Assembly (NCBI GenBank): GCA_043228905.1
Contig: JBHGNT010000021.1
Coordinates: 11,346,001 to 11,410,000 of the forward strand
DNA from: Azolla caroliniana
Lineage: Eukaryota; Plantae; Polypodiophyta
Length of the DNA stretch: 64,000 nucleotides
Direction: 5' to 3'
This document shows, piece after piece, positions 11,754 to 22,246 of this stretch; within the stretch, counting starts at the first letter, position 1, and every line of letters begins with the position of its first letter. The notes below the pieces were generated by a model. The model ran no database searches, had not been told where the DNA came from, and was given only the letters and a program-made list of their open reading frames with translations. A program made the position numbers and the translations under genes.

Positions 11754-14700
11754 TTACTCTTCGCCTGCCGGCCCTTCCTCGGCCTCGGATCGGCCGTCGC
11801 TGCTGTCCAGGAGAATCAGGTCGGGTTCGTCGTCGTGCCGCTTCTTGAAAGCTTTGATCCTCTTCCCGGCCACGGGTATCGCTATTCTCGTACCGTCGAG
11901 TTCCGCCAGATGATACGTCCCGTTGTCGTTGGCGCTTTGTACCGTGTACGGCCCGAACCATCTCCGTGCGAACTTCCGCGTTGCTCGGTGCTGGTTGTCG
12001 AGGCTGCTGTCGTAGACGAGCACCCAGTCACCTTGTTCGATCTTCTTCGGTCGGAGTCGGTGCGTTCGGTCGAACCTGGCTTTGTTCTTTATCCTCGCCA
12101 CTCGGATCCTTTCTGCAGCCGTCTCCACGTCCTCCGGTCTCCGTTCGAGTTGTCGTATACGCGCTGCCAACAACTCCTCCCGGCTCATCTCGTCCCTCCA
12201 GTCGACCGTTGCCCATGAGGAGATTGTTCGTTCCATCGGCATGATCGGCCCCTGGCCGAACATGAGCTCTGTCGGCATGTACCCGGTTACCGAACTGTGC
12301 GTAGTCCGGTCGGCCCACAAAGCATAAGGTAGAAGTCGCGGCCAGTTACCGACTTGGCCTCCGCATGCCCGAACCAGCGCTTTAACGATCGGCCCGTGTC
12401 CGCGCTCCACCTTTCCATTCGCCTCCGGGTTGTACGCAGTGGTGAGCGAGAGTTTGACTCCCAGCCGATCGAACAGCTCCGCGGCTTCCTCGGCGTCCAA
12501 CTCCCCTCGGTCAGCCACGATCTTCCCGACGCACCCGTACCGGCATATCACGTCCTCGATCAGGAACCGACACACGGCCGCGGTCGTCTTGTTCTGAAGG
12601 GCTCGGCCTTCCACCTGGTTCGTCAGGTCTTCCCGCGCTAGGACCAGATACCGCATCTGTCCTACCCCCATCGGCATCGTCACCAGATCTACCATCCATT
12701 TGAAATGGATGGCCGGAGGGTACGTAGGGTGAAGCTCGTCTCGATGTCGGACTATGGAGTGCATCTGGCAGCTCTCGCAAGTTGTCACGAACCGATGCAC
12801 GTCCTGGTACAATCCCGGCCACCAGTACTTCCCCTTTAGCTTCTCAAATGTCGCCCACGTTCCACGGTGTCCAGCCCAAGGGCTGTCGTGGTAGGCCGCC
12901 AGTAGCTCCTCCTGTTCTTCCTTCATCGCCACCACCCGGAGCGGGACGCCGTTCCTCTTCTTCGGGTGCTTCCACAAATGCCCATCTCGGAGAAAGAATC
13001 GATATGCTTTCTTCCGGATCCGGTTGGCCTCGTCCTTCGTCCATGACGCATCGGGCGTCATTGTCTTCAAAAACCCACCGATCTGCAGCCACTCCCCGTC
13101 GTACTTGCTCGCGTCGAACTCATTAAGCGCCGGAGTGCTCATCCCGTCGGTCGTTATGTATGCCGCCTCGAAGAAATCCACGCCGACTTCTTCGTCTTCC
13201 GAAACCATGCCGCCCTCGTCGTCGAACCTCGCCCTCGAAAGCATGTCGGCCATGGCGTTGTCTTTCCCGGAAATGTGTCGTATTTCCGGGTCCAGGGACT
13301 TGATGTACGCTATCCACCTGAGCATCGCCAGGTCCGGAGTCGCGCATCCGGAAACCATACCGAGAATCGGCAGGCAATCCGTCTCGATGATCACTTCTGT
13401 CCCTATCAGGTAGTCTTTGTCGGCCTTAACCGCCGAAACAATACCCCAGAGTTCGCGTTTAACCTGGGCGTATCCTTGCTGCCGTTCACTGAGGACTTTC
13501 GCGCCGAATCGGATCGGAAACCGATTGCCGTCCTCGTCTTCCTGGTTCACGACCCATCCGATCCCGGTCGGACTGGTATCCACCGTTATGAATACCGGGG
13601 TACCCTTCCCGTATACCGCCTTCCGGAGTGCCGGTGCCGCTGCAAGGGCCTCTTTCAGCTTCCGGACCGATTCCGCGTGCTCGTCTAGCCATTCGAACCT
13701 TCGCCCCTTTTTCAGCAACCCGTACAGTGGCTCCGCGACGTGTGCGTAATGCGGGATCCATATGTGGTAGAACGCGCATGCCCCCAGGAATCTCCGTACT
13801 TCCGTGACCGAGCTGCAGTCGGGCTTCATCGCGGAGATGGCTTCTACCTTTGCCGGAGACGGTTTCCGGCCATATGGTCCGCACAGGTGTCCGACCACCA
13901 TGATTTCTGACTGCCCGAAGGCCGACTTCTCCCCGGAGAAGGTGAGTCTCGCATCCTCTAGCCTTTGCAGCACCTTCTCGCAGTCGTCGATGTGCGCCGC
14001 CACGAATCGCCGGCATCCGTCCGGCCCGATCGTCTCGTCCTTTTCTTCCACCGGGCATCCCTTGATCGGGATGTCGTCCAGAAACGGCATGGTGATGTCC
14101 GGGATACAGTCCCTCAGAACCTTGTTCATCGCATTCACCATGTGGGCCACCGAGTTGGTCCCTCCTTGCGGCAGTGTACACATCCGAACTAGGCCGAGGG
14201 GAGTTCGCATCGTCGTAATGTCTCTGCTCTCCACGGCTAGCTGGAACTGGTCGTACCCTGAGTATAGATCCCCGACCGAGTAAATTGACCTTCCGGCGAA
14301 GGCCTCCGCGAACTCGTCTATGGTCGGTCCGATCCCTGCGTTCCGAATGGTCACTCGATTGACCGGCTGCAGGTCCTGGATGAAGCGCAACGAACCGTTT
14401 TTCTTCGGTACGGTAAACCATCGATTCGAATATGGGGCGCTCGACGGCTCGAGAATTCCCATATCAACTTTCTGCCTCAGCAGCTCCATCAACTTCGGGA
14501 TGTGAGCTCTCGGAACCGGGATTGGCTTGAGATTCCATGGTACATGCGGTACCGTGAATATCACCATCGGCTCCACGATCGTCGGGTCAACGCACCCGAT
14601 TTCCTCCGGCGAGAATGCGAAGGCTTTCCCGTGCCTTCCGAGCATTCTCCGAAACCGGTCTTCCTCCGCCGGCAGTAGGAACCCGCCCCCACCGATTTTG

Positions 14701-15251
14701 AGCTCTCGGAGCGTCTCGTCGATGAAGGTGTGTCCTATGCAGGCCGGATCTCGTAGACTAGGGTCCGATGCAACCCCTTTGATTCTCGACGCGCTGTCCT
14801 CCGGTAAGGGTGCCGCGACTGGCCTTACCTTCCGGTCCACAGTCTTGTACTTGGTGCTTACGTGGGCCGTCCGAACCGACTCGAGCCCTCGACCGAAGTC
14901 CGCGATGACTTCGTACATCTCCTCGGAACACACCGGTATCGTCCGGTCTTCGTTAAGGCCTTCTTCGACTACCTTTCCCAGCATTCCCAAGGTGTCGTCG
15001 AATGAGACCGCCTCCACGGCTCCGTTGATTTCCTCGTCAGGGCCGAGAACTCCGCACGCTCGAAGTCTCCCCTCCGCCTTTGTCTTCTCTCGGCCGCCGA
15101 TGCCGGCTATCGTACACGCTCCGCTGCCGGAGAACAAAAATTCCCTACCTATGGTACAAGGTTTCTTCGGTTTTATTGTACAGGTGTGGGGTTTTCCCGG
15201 GGTGTCCGGACTGTCGCGGCCCCATGCCTTGGCAGCCCTCTCTAAAAATCC
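11754..15251 (-). CDS. pol: pol (RT, RNase H, integrase), expressed by predicted -1 frameshift
   Basis: 1127-aa ORF whose frame stays open upstream to the gag stop; LPQGGTNS, FLDD, TVDTS, ETDC, H.SPWAGHRG..C..C, ADRGE, NGKVERGH, GPY. Confidence 0.95.
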   Translation of the reverse strand, partial: GFLERAAKAWGRDSPDTPGKPHTCTIKPKKPCTIGREFLFSGSGACTIAGIGGREKTKAEGRLRACGVLGPDEEINGAVEAVSFDDTLGMLGKVVEEGLNEDRTIPVCSEEMYEVIADFGRGLESVRTAHVSTKYKTVDRKVRPVAAPLPEDSASRIKGVASDPSLRDPACIGHTFIDETLRELKIGGGGFLLPAEEDRFRRMLGRHGKAFAFSPEEIGCVDPTIVEPMVIFTVPHVPWNLKPIPVPRAHIPKLMELLRQKVDMGILEPSSAPYSNRWFTVPKKNGSLRFIQDLQPVNRVTIRNAGIGPTIDEFAEAFAGRSIYSVGDLYSGYDQFQLAVESRDITTMRTPLGLVRMCTLPQGGTNSVAHMVNAMNKVLRDCIPDITMPFLDDIPIKGCPVEEKDETIGPDGCRRFVAAHIDDCEKVLQRLEDARLTFSGEKSAFGQSEIMVVGHLCGPYGRKPSPAKVEAISAMKPDCSSVTEVRRFLGACAFYHIWIPHYAHVAEPLYGLLKKGRRFEWLDEHAESVRKLKEALAAAPALRKAVYGKGTPVFITVDTSPTGIGWVVNQEDEDGNRFPIRFGAKVLSERQQGYAQVKRELWGIVSAVKADKDYLIGTEVIIETDCLPILGMVSGCATPDLAMLRWIAYIKSLDPEIRHISGKDNAMADMLSRARFDDEGGMVSEDEEVGVDFFEAAYITTDGMSTPALNEFDASKYDGEWLQIGGFLKTMTPDASWTKDEANRIRKKAYRFFLRDGHLWKHPKKRNGVPLRVVAMKEEQEELLAAYHDSPWAGHRGTWATFEKLKGKYWWPGLYQDVHRFVTTCESCQMHSIVRHRDELHPTYPPAIHFKWMVDLVTMPMGVGQMRYLVLAREDLTNQVEGRALQNKTTAAVCRFLIEDVICRYGCVGKIVADRGELDAEEAAELFDRLGVKLSLTTAYNPEANGKVERGHGPIVKALVRACGGQVGNWPRLLPYALWADRTTHSSVTGYMPTELMFGQGPIMPMERTISSWATVDWRDEMSREELLAARIRQLERRPEDVETAAERIRVARIKNKARFDRTHRLRPKKIEQGDWVLVYDSSLDNQHRATRKFARRWFGPYTVQSANDNGTYHLAELDGTRIAIPVAGKRIKAFKKRHDDEPDLILLDSSDGRSEAEEGPAGEE

Positions 15252-17368
15252 TCTCGGTTATCGGAACCGAGGGAGTCGCGGTTACGCTCGTGGTTCGGCC
15301 TAACCGTCAAAAACTGGACCGAATGGCGCCCGTCCTGGCTCTTGACCCGCGCATAGGCCGAACCATTGTCCAACACCTTGGTCTCCATTCGCGCCGCCGT
15401 GATGTACGGCTCTCCCAGTATGACCGGATGCGAGGACGTCTCCTGCACGAAGAAGTGCTGGTCAATCTCGACGTCGCCGATCTTGACTCGCACATTCGGA
15501 CAGGCCCCGTGCAGTTCCTCGGTGGCGCGCGTTGCTGCCCTTATTTTCCACCCGTGCTTGGTGTTGATCGGCCATTTGCCCTTCTTATAGAAGTCCATGG
15601 ACATCAAATTGATCTCCGATCCGTGGTCTACCAAAGCTATCACCGGTTCCTGGACATCGCCGATCTTCACCGGGGTTTCCGTGGTCGCTCGGGCCCAGTG
15701 CGGTCTCGAATAGTGGCTTTCCGCCCACACGTCTCCCAGCGCCATGTCGTCTAGGTGCGTCGTCCGTACTTCCACCGGTCTTTCCGGTTCTGTCTCCGTT
15801 GACAGCCTCTTCCGTTTCACCAAGTCCACGATGGAGTCGTGGAACTCCTTCTTGGCGATTCCCAGCACCTCCCGTAGCGACAGCTCCACCTTGCTGTCGA
15901 GGATCCGTTCCTCCAGGACCTTTCGTAAGTCCGTGGTTCTTTCTATCTCCGTCCCCAGACGGTACCCGCCCTTCTGGGGTTTATCTTGCGTACCGGCCCC
16001 GCCGGCTTCGTCCCGTCGTGGCCCGGACCGGGTCTCGTATCGTTGTGAGGGCCCGGTCGTCCCGGGTTTCCCCACCCGCTTCTCTTCTACCAGAGCCTCG
16101 TAGTTCCGGCAAGCGGCTTCCACGAAGCCCGTCTTTTCCTCGACCGGGTCGCTCCACCCGGTCATCTCCCGTACCCGTTTCTCCGCACGGTCCGATTCCT
16201 CCCTCTTCATCCTCGTATCGGCAAGGCCTTCCAGCACCGTCGGCCAGAATCCGGCTTTGCTTCCTCTTCGGGCCTCGTTGCCCCCGACTCGAATACCGGC
16301 CGACGCCGAGTAGTGGACGGTTTCCGCATGTCGGGCCGCCGCCTCTTCCATCAACCTCTTCATTCCGCCTCGCCCGTCGTTTCGGTTTAGGGCCCTTCTC
16401 GTGTCGTTGGCGTGAACCCGGCCTTCCCATAGGTATACCACCCGGTTCTTCAGCGCCTCTGCGAAATCGCCGCAGTCTTTTCGGATGTGGCCGACCCCGT
16501 CGCACCACATGCACCTGTTCCCCGCCGCCGGCCGTCGGTCACGAGCAGGTCCTCCGCCTTCTCTGTGGGCTTGTGCGATTTGGAGGTCTTTTATCGCCCT
16601 CGTCAGTTCCTCCAACGCAGCTCCTCCAGTCGTGCCTCTGATCACGCCGGTCGGAGCTGAACCGGATTCCAGCCACTCCCGAGTCTCTTCCCTTCGCACC
16701 GGCTGCGCCGGCTCGAGTATCCTCGCCGCGACTGAGCCCGACCCGGTTGCTCTGTCATCCTCCCATTCTCGCCGTTTGTCGAAACGGCCGCAGGCTCTCT
16801 TGACCGCCGCCCAGTCGGCTGTCAGCCCGTCTTCGGTTTCTAGCAGGGCGCCCACGTGACTCTGATCCCTCTCGTCAACCGATTTGACGAACAGCAGGAC
16901 CCGGCTTGTATCCAGGACCATCCTGTCAAGCGCCGAAAGGCGCGCGAAGTTCTCCTCGAACTCCCAGAGGAGTGCCGACGCATTCCTTCCTTTCCCGGGA
17001 GACTCCACCCACTCCATGAAGCTTCGCTTCGAAAGCCGGAGCGCGTCGTCCAGTCCGTATTTTTCCAGGAGCCGACCTTCGAACTCCTCCCAGGTACGGC
17101 TCTCCGCCCGCACCTCGAGCACCTCCGCGTGGATGCTCGGCATCGCCACTTGGGGAAAACCGGCAAGACGCCTGTCTTCCGGAATGTCCCGCATTAACAT
17201 TTCCGCACCGTAGGACGCCAGGTACTTCGTGGCATCTTTTCCGGTGAATCGACCGATCGTTCCGACGACCACCTCAATAGCTCTATCGAGGGCGCCGGTG
17301 CCCTCGCGCGCGCTTACTATCCGATCCACGGCCGAAGCCATGGCCTCTGCAAGATCCGCCCCCTTCAT
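15242..17368 (-). CDS. gag: Gag-protease (708 aa; DUF4100-like zinc knuckle region, aspartic protease)
   Basis: Intact ORF; CMWCDGVGHIRKDC knuckle; ALVDHGSEIN protease motif; ILGEPY. Confidence 0.9.
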   Translation of the reverse strand: MKGADLAEAMASAVDRIVSAREGTGALDRAIEVVVGTIGRFTGKDATKYLASYGAEMLMRDIPEDRRLAGFPQVAMPSIHAEVLEVRAESRTWEEFEGRLLEKYGLDDALRLSKRSFMEWVESPGKGRNASALLWEFEENFARLSALDRMVLDTSRVLLFVKSVDERDQSHVGALLETEDGLTADWAAVKRACGRFDKRREWEDDRATGSGSVAARILEPAQPVRREETREWLESGSAPTGVIRGTTGGAALEELTRAIKDLQIAQAHREGGGPARDRRPAAGNRCMWCDGVGHIRKDCGDFAEALKNRVVYLWEGRVHANDTRRALNRNDGRGGMKRLMEEAAARHAETVHYSASAGIRVGGNEARRGSKAGFWPTVLEGLADTRMKREESDRAEKRVREMTGWSDPVEEKTGFVEAACRNYEALVEEKRVGKPGTTGPSQRYETRSGPRRDEAGGAGTQDKPQKGGYRLGTEIERTTDLRKVLEERILDSKVELSLREVLGIAKKEFHDSIVDLVKRKRLSTETEPERPVEVRTTHLDDMALGDVWAESHYSRPHWARATTETPVKIGDVQEPVIALVDHGSEINLMSMDFYKKGKWPINTKHGWKIRAATRATEELHGACPNVRVKIGDVEIDQHFFVQETSSHPVILGEPYITAARMETKVLDNGSAYARVKSQDGRHSVQFLTVRPNHERNRDSLGSDNREDF

Positions 17369-17390
17369 TTCCTACTCTTCTGCCGCCTCT

Positions 17391-17408
17391 TTCACGTCGG
17401 GTTCACCA
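17391..17408 (-). promoter_or_regulatory. Primer binding site, tRNA-Trp
   Basis: TGGTGAACCCGACGTGAA 3 nt inside the 5' LTR; matches the recalled plant tRNA-Trp 3' end TTCACGTCGGGTTCACCA. Confidence 0.85.
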
Positions 17409-17411
17409 AGA

Positions 17412-18104
17412 TGTGGGGTTTGCTACGCCCTTGCGTGCAGAAAGGAGGAGGGACCACGGGGGTCTTGGACCGAAGAGCAAGAGAGAGAGGAGTAAGAGAG
17501 AGAGACCCGATTACACAGAACCGAAGATCGCATAGGGACACGGCCCAACAAACAGATCACAAATAAACGCCGACGCAGATGGACGCAACAAGAGAAGATA
17601 TGTACTTATGAATGCAAGAAAATAACAGACTAAAGTATTACAACCCACGGTGGGGCACGAAATAGATACTAACGAAAACGAACAGGGCGGCGAACAGATG
17701 CCGACCCCTGTATGTCGCGACGCACAGAAAGGGAAAACAGGTCGGAGGTGCTGCAGGACGCGCTCGGGGCGTTCCACGGAACAGCGCAAGCCTCCTCGAA
17801 ACCTGCACAGGTACGCGATGGAGCAGAAGACAGAGAAGGCAGGAGTGAGAGAGAAGCTCCGAAATCGGTTCGGCAGCACTTCGTCCTCTCCGCGCGAGAT
17901 ACCCCACTTCTAGCCTTCCTCCTCCTTTTATAGCCCGTCAAGAGGCCGTTTGGCATTAACTGCATACCAACCGAATCTACCCACCTAGGATCCTCGTATG
18001 TACCTACTTCGACCTTAGGTACTTCTTGGCGCGCGTGTGTGTGTAGAGCCGTTTCCCACGCCTTGTTCCTCCGATTCCTCTTGTGGGCGGTTTTCTTCAC
18101 GACA
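17412..18104 (-). repeat. 5' LTR (693 bp) of the GC-rich Gypsy
   Basis: Direct repeat of 10989-11681; TG...CA ends. Confidence 0.95.
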
Positions 18105-21100
18105 CCGGAACGGTAAAGACCGAAAGGGGCCGGACCGGAAGGGAACGACGGCAATCGCGGCAAGCGAATAAGAGTTGATGCTCATCACCGAGGAGAGTGA
18201 AATAAACCTTGCCGGCGACGAGATGACCTGGGTGGTAGACTCCGGAGCATCGTTCCACCTTACCCCGGACCGAAAATGCTTCTCATCCTATTCAGCTGGT
18301 GACCACGGTTGTGTCCGGATGGGGAATGAAGGAACATGCCGAATTGTCGGCATAGGAGACGTGTGGCTGACAACACCAGCCGGATGCAAGTTGCTGCTGA
18401 AGGATGTCCGACACGTTCCGGAAGTTCGTCTGAACCTGATATCAGTCGGTCGGCTAGATGATGAAGGTTACACGGGAAGCATCCGGAACGGTGTCATGAA
18501 GTTCAGCAAAGGGAGCCTGATTGTGGCTCGGGCCCGGAAGGTAAACACGCTGTACCTGATGAATGCCCGGTTATGTCCGGAAGAAGTGAACGTGGCATCC
18601 GACACTGCCGGTGAGCTGTGGCACAAGAGGCTGTGTCATATGAGCGAGAAGGGGATGAAGAGGCTTGCAGACGACAACCTCATTCCAGTGAAGAACGTGC
18701 ACTTAGAGAAGTGCACTGATTGTCTGGCCGGTAAGCAGAACCGGACCTCTTTCCGACCAAGGCCACCGATGAGACGTAATACACCACTGGAGTTGGTGCA
18801 TACGGATGTGTGTCAGGTAGACACGAAGTCACATGCCGGAGCACAGTACTTCTAGACGTTCATAGATGACCACAGCCGGAAGCTGTGGGCCACACCGTTG
18901 AAGACGAAGGATCAGGTGTTATCCGTCTTCAAAGAGCTCCACGCGAGAGTGGAAAGAGAAACTGGCCGGAAGCTGAAGGCGGTTTGAGCAGATAACGGAG
19001 GAGAGTACCGGGGGCAGTTCGAGGATTACTGCCGCTCGAAGGGAATCCGACTCGAATTTACCGTGCCGAAGACGCCGGAACTAAACGGACTGGCCGAGAG
19101 GATGAACCGGACCATAATGGAGAGGGTCCGGAGTATGCTAGCGCATGCAAAACTACCCAAGAAGTTTTGGGCTGAGGCATTGTCGACGGCGACATATGTG
19201 ATTAATAGATCACCCTCAGTACCCTTGGACGGAGACACGCCACAGAGAGTGTGGACCGGTAAGGAAGTATCCTACCGGCATCTGAAGGTGTTCGGGTGTC
19301 TCGCGTACGTGCATGTAGCTAAGGACCGGAGAGGAAAGCTAGATCCAAAGACCCGGCCATGCATATTCCTCGGTTACGGTGACAATGAGTTCGGCTACCG
19401 AGTGTGGGACCCAGTCGACAAGAAGGTATTCTAGAGTCGAGATATTATCTTCATGGAGACCAAGACGCTCGCCGACTGGGAGTCGGAGAAGAAGATAATG
19501 AACTCCGAGTCGACCGGTAAGGATAGACTCTACGATGAGCAGACCCATTTGGCAAGAGACCGGTTAGCACTCGAGGAACCAACCGGTTACGGTGAGGATA
19601 CCGAACTGGCAGAAGAAGAGGTAGAGGAAGCTGAGACCGGAACCGGCCAAGACCCCGAATCGGATTCGGATGAAGAGCAAATGGAGGAGCCGGTTACCGA
19701 AGCCCGAAGACGTAGATATCCTCTCAGAGAGAGAAGGGCGCCCCGGAGATTTCCGGATGCAGAGCATGTTCTGCTGACCGATGAGGGGGAGCCGGAAAGC
19801 TTCGAAGAAGTGAAGGAAGACACCCACAGTCGAAAATGTCTAAGTGCCATGCAAGATGAGATGGATTCCCTGCATGAGAACCATATGTACGAATTGGTGG
19901 AGCTGCCGAAAGGAAAGCAGGCACTCCGAAACAAGTGGGTGTACAAGTTGAAACCGGGAGATGCCGGTAACCCCCCGAGATACAAAGCCAGGATCGTGGT
20001 GAAGGGGTTCCAGCAGAAGAAGGGCGTGGACTTCGACGAGATATTTGCCCCGGTAGTAGAGATGACCTCCATCCGGACAGTGCTGAGTACAGCGGCAAGC
20101 ATGGACCTTGAGGTAGAGCAGCTGGACGTGAAGACGGCATTCCTTCACGGCGACCTTGAAGAGGAGATCTACATGCAGCAACCGGAAGGATTTGTGGAGA
20201 AAGGGAAGGAGCACCTGGTATGCCAGTTGAAGAAGAGCCTGTACAGACTGAAGCAGGCTCCCCGGCAATGGTACCGGAAGTTCGACTCCTTCATGACCGA
20301 TCAAGGGTACCACAAAACGCAGGCCGATCACTGTGTGTTTGTGAAGAAGTTCGAAGGAGGGGACTTCCTGATACTCCTCCTGTACGTGGATGAGATGTTG
20401 ATCGTCGGACGAGACCAAGTAAAAATACGGATGCTGAAGAAGGCTCTCAACCGGACCTTCTCAATGAAAGACTTGGGTCCGGCAAGACAGATGTTGGGGA
20501 TGCACATCATTCGGGACCGATCTGTGAAGCAATTATGGCTGTCACAGGAGAAGTATGTGACAAAGGTGCTTCACCGGTTGAACATGTCAGAAGCGAAACC
20601 GGTTGGATCGACACTTCCGGCAAACTGCAAGCTATCCGGCAAGCAAAGCCCGAAGACGAAAGCAGAGAAGGCGGATATGATAAAGATTCCATATGCCTCT
20701 GCCGTCGGGAGCTTGATGTACGCTATGGTGTGTACCCGACCGGATATAGGATACGCAGTCGGAGTGGTGAGCCGGTTCATGAGTAATCCCGGCAAGGAGC
20801 ATTGGAACGCGGTCAAATGGATACTCTGGTATTTGAAGGGCACTTCAAATATGTGTCTCTGATTCGGCTCCGGAAAACCTCAACTGGACGGTTTCACCGA
20901 TTCGGACATGTCGGCTGATGTGGATACCAGCCGGTCTACATCCGGGTATGTGATGACATATGCAGGGGGAGCTGTTTCGTGGCAGTCGAGGCTGCAGAAG
21001 ACGGTTGCATTGTCAACCACAGAGGCGGAGTACATGGCGGCTGTGGAAGCCGGCAAGGAAATATTATGGATGAAGGACTTCATCGGAGAGCTCGGTATCC

Positions 21101-21370
21101 GGCAAGAGGAATACCTACTCTACTGCGACAGTCAAAGTGCCATCCACCTTGCTAAGAATGCGGCCTACCATTCCCGGACGAAGCATATCCAGCGGAGGTA
21201 TCACTGGATTCGGGAAAGAGTAGATGACCAGGAGTTCACACTGACGAAGGTCCACACGGCCGAGAACGGGTCAGATATGCTGACCAAAGTGCTGACACCC
21301 GACAAGCTGGACGCATGCCGGAAGAAGATCGGGTTGGTAATACACCCCATGCCAGAGTGAAGGGGGAGTT

Positions 21371-21731
21371 TGTTGGGAAACAGGTCCCTCCGAATGGTGT
21401 AGGCCCGGTATGAACCGGATGAGGAGTACTCGGCTACGGAGAGCCGGATGGTGCAGGCCCGGTATGAACCGGATGAGGAGTACCCGGCTACGGAGAGCCG
21501 GATGGTGCAGGCCCGGTATGAACCGGAGGAAGAGACATATTTGTAAATATGTTTCTGAGAGCCCATCGTGGCTATATTTGTAAATAGCCGAAAAGTCATA
21601 TTAGTATAAATATGACTTAGGGCAAACTTTTAGTAACTGTTGTTGTTGTCATTCTTCCTTGTTGGTGCAAGAAGAGAGTGAGTGCGTAACTGTACAGAGA
21701 GAGAGAGAGAGAGACGAGGTCGTTGCCTCTG
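21371..21731 (+). repeat. Copia 3' LTR, first part (54-bp internal tandem repeat, ~2.5 copies)
   Basis: Follows PPT GAGTGAAGGGGGAG (21355-21368); matches the LTR at 9641; interrupted at TSD CTCTG. Confidence 0.95.
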
Positions 21732-22187
21732 TGTTACCCGGACCCGGACAGTCAGTTTTACCGAACAAGTGGGAAAGCGTCGAAAACGGAGTCGGTTCGG
21801 ATCGACTGTTCGGATCGATGACTCAGCAGAGAACGAAGATAACTAAGTTAGTTAGATAATTTTGTAATTCTTGATAGTAAGTAGGAATAGTTCTTGATGA
21901 GAAAAGACCTTCGGTATACCTATAAAAGGGAACCGAAGGCATTGTAAGAAAGGTCGTTTATTTAGTAATATAAGTTTAAGTTAGGAATATCATGTACGGA
22001 TTCTGTGTTCTTTCTATTGTCTATTTTGTTTAGTGCAATCTTCCTAATTTATAACTAAGTAACGATCACGGTAATTACCGATTAATATAGTATATTTCTG
22101 TTCGTAAAACACAATTCCTTGTTAGAACGTTGAATAGCGACGTTCACTCTTCTGTATCGGTAGTAGTTAGTAATTAGCCGATTAACA
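21732..22187 (+). repeat. 5' LTR (456 bp)
   Basis: TGTTA...TAACA; repeated at 28913 and 62487. Confidence 0.95.
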
Positions 22188-22198
22188 CAGAAGAAATT

Positions 22199-22211
22199 TG
22201 GCACGCCCGGT
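22199..22211 (+). promoter_or_regulatory. PBS-like site (tRNA-Arg type), 11 nt from the LTR
   Basis: TGGCACGCCCGGT, resembling the complement of the recalled plant tRNA-Arg(UCU) 3' end. Confidence 0.7.
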
Positions 22212-22246
22212 TACATCTGCAATTAAGCAGAGAACAAATCGAATGG

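Larger units (their letters stand above)
10989..18104 (-). mobile_element. Intact GC-rich Ty3/Gypsy LTR retrotransposon of a fungal-like (Ylt1-type) lineage
   Basis: 693-bp LTRs that look identical, 4-bp TSD CCGG (10985-10988, 18105-18108), tRNA-Trp PBS, PPT, two uninterrupted ORFs. Confidence 0.95.
10179..21360 (+). pseudogene. gag-pol: Copia gag-pol polyprotein, split by the 10989-18104 insertion, about six in-frame stops and no frameshift
   Basis: CFYCGKPGHFQKNC knuckle, WVVDSGAS, LWHKRLCH, VHTDV, NGLAERMNRT, YKARIV, QLDVKTAFLHG, LLLYVDE (catalytic YVDD altered), DMLTK. The frame is restored when the insert and one CCGG copy are removed. Confidence 0.95.

Noticed and set aside
11800-17500. 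Many long overlapping or antisense ORFs
   Set aside because: Expected shadow ORFs of GC-rich coding DNA; no recognisable motifs.
10984-18108. 5-bp TSD ACCGG or a longer duplication around the GC-rich Gypsy
   Set aside because: Both LTRs end in CACGACA, so the A belongs to the LTR. The 15-bp flank repeat encodes host DQNGK/DRNGK, and a 4-bp TSD restores the frame.
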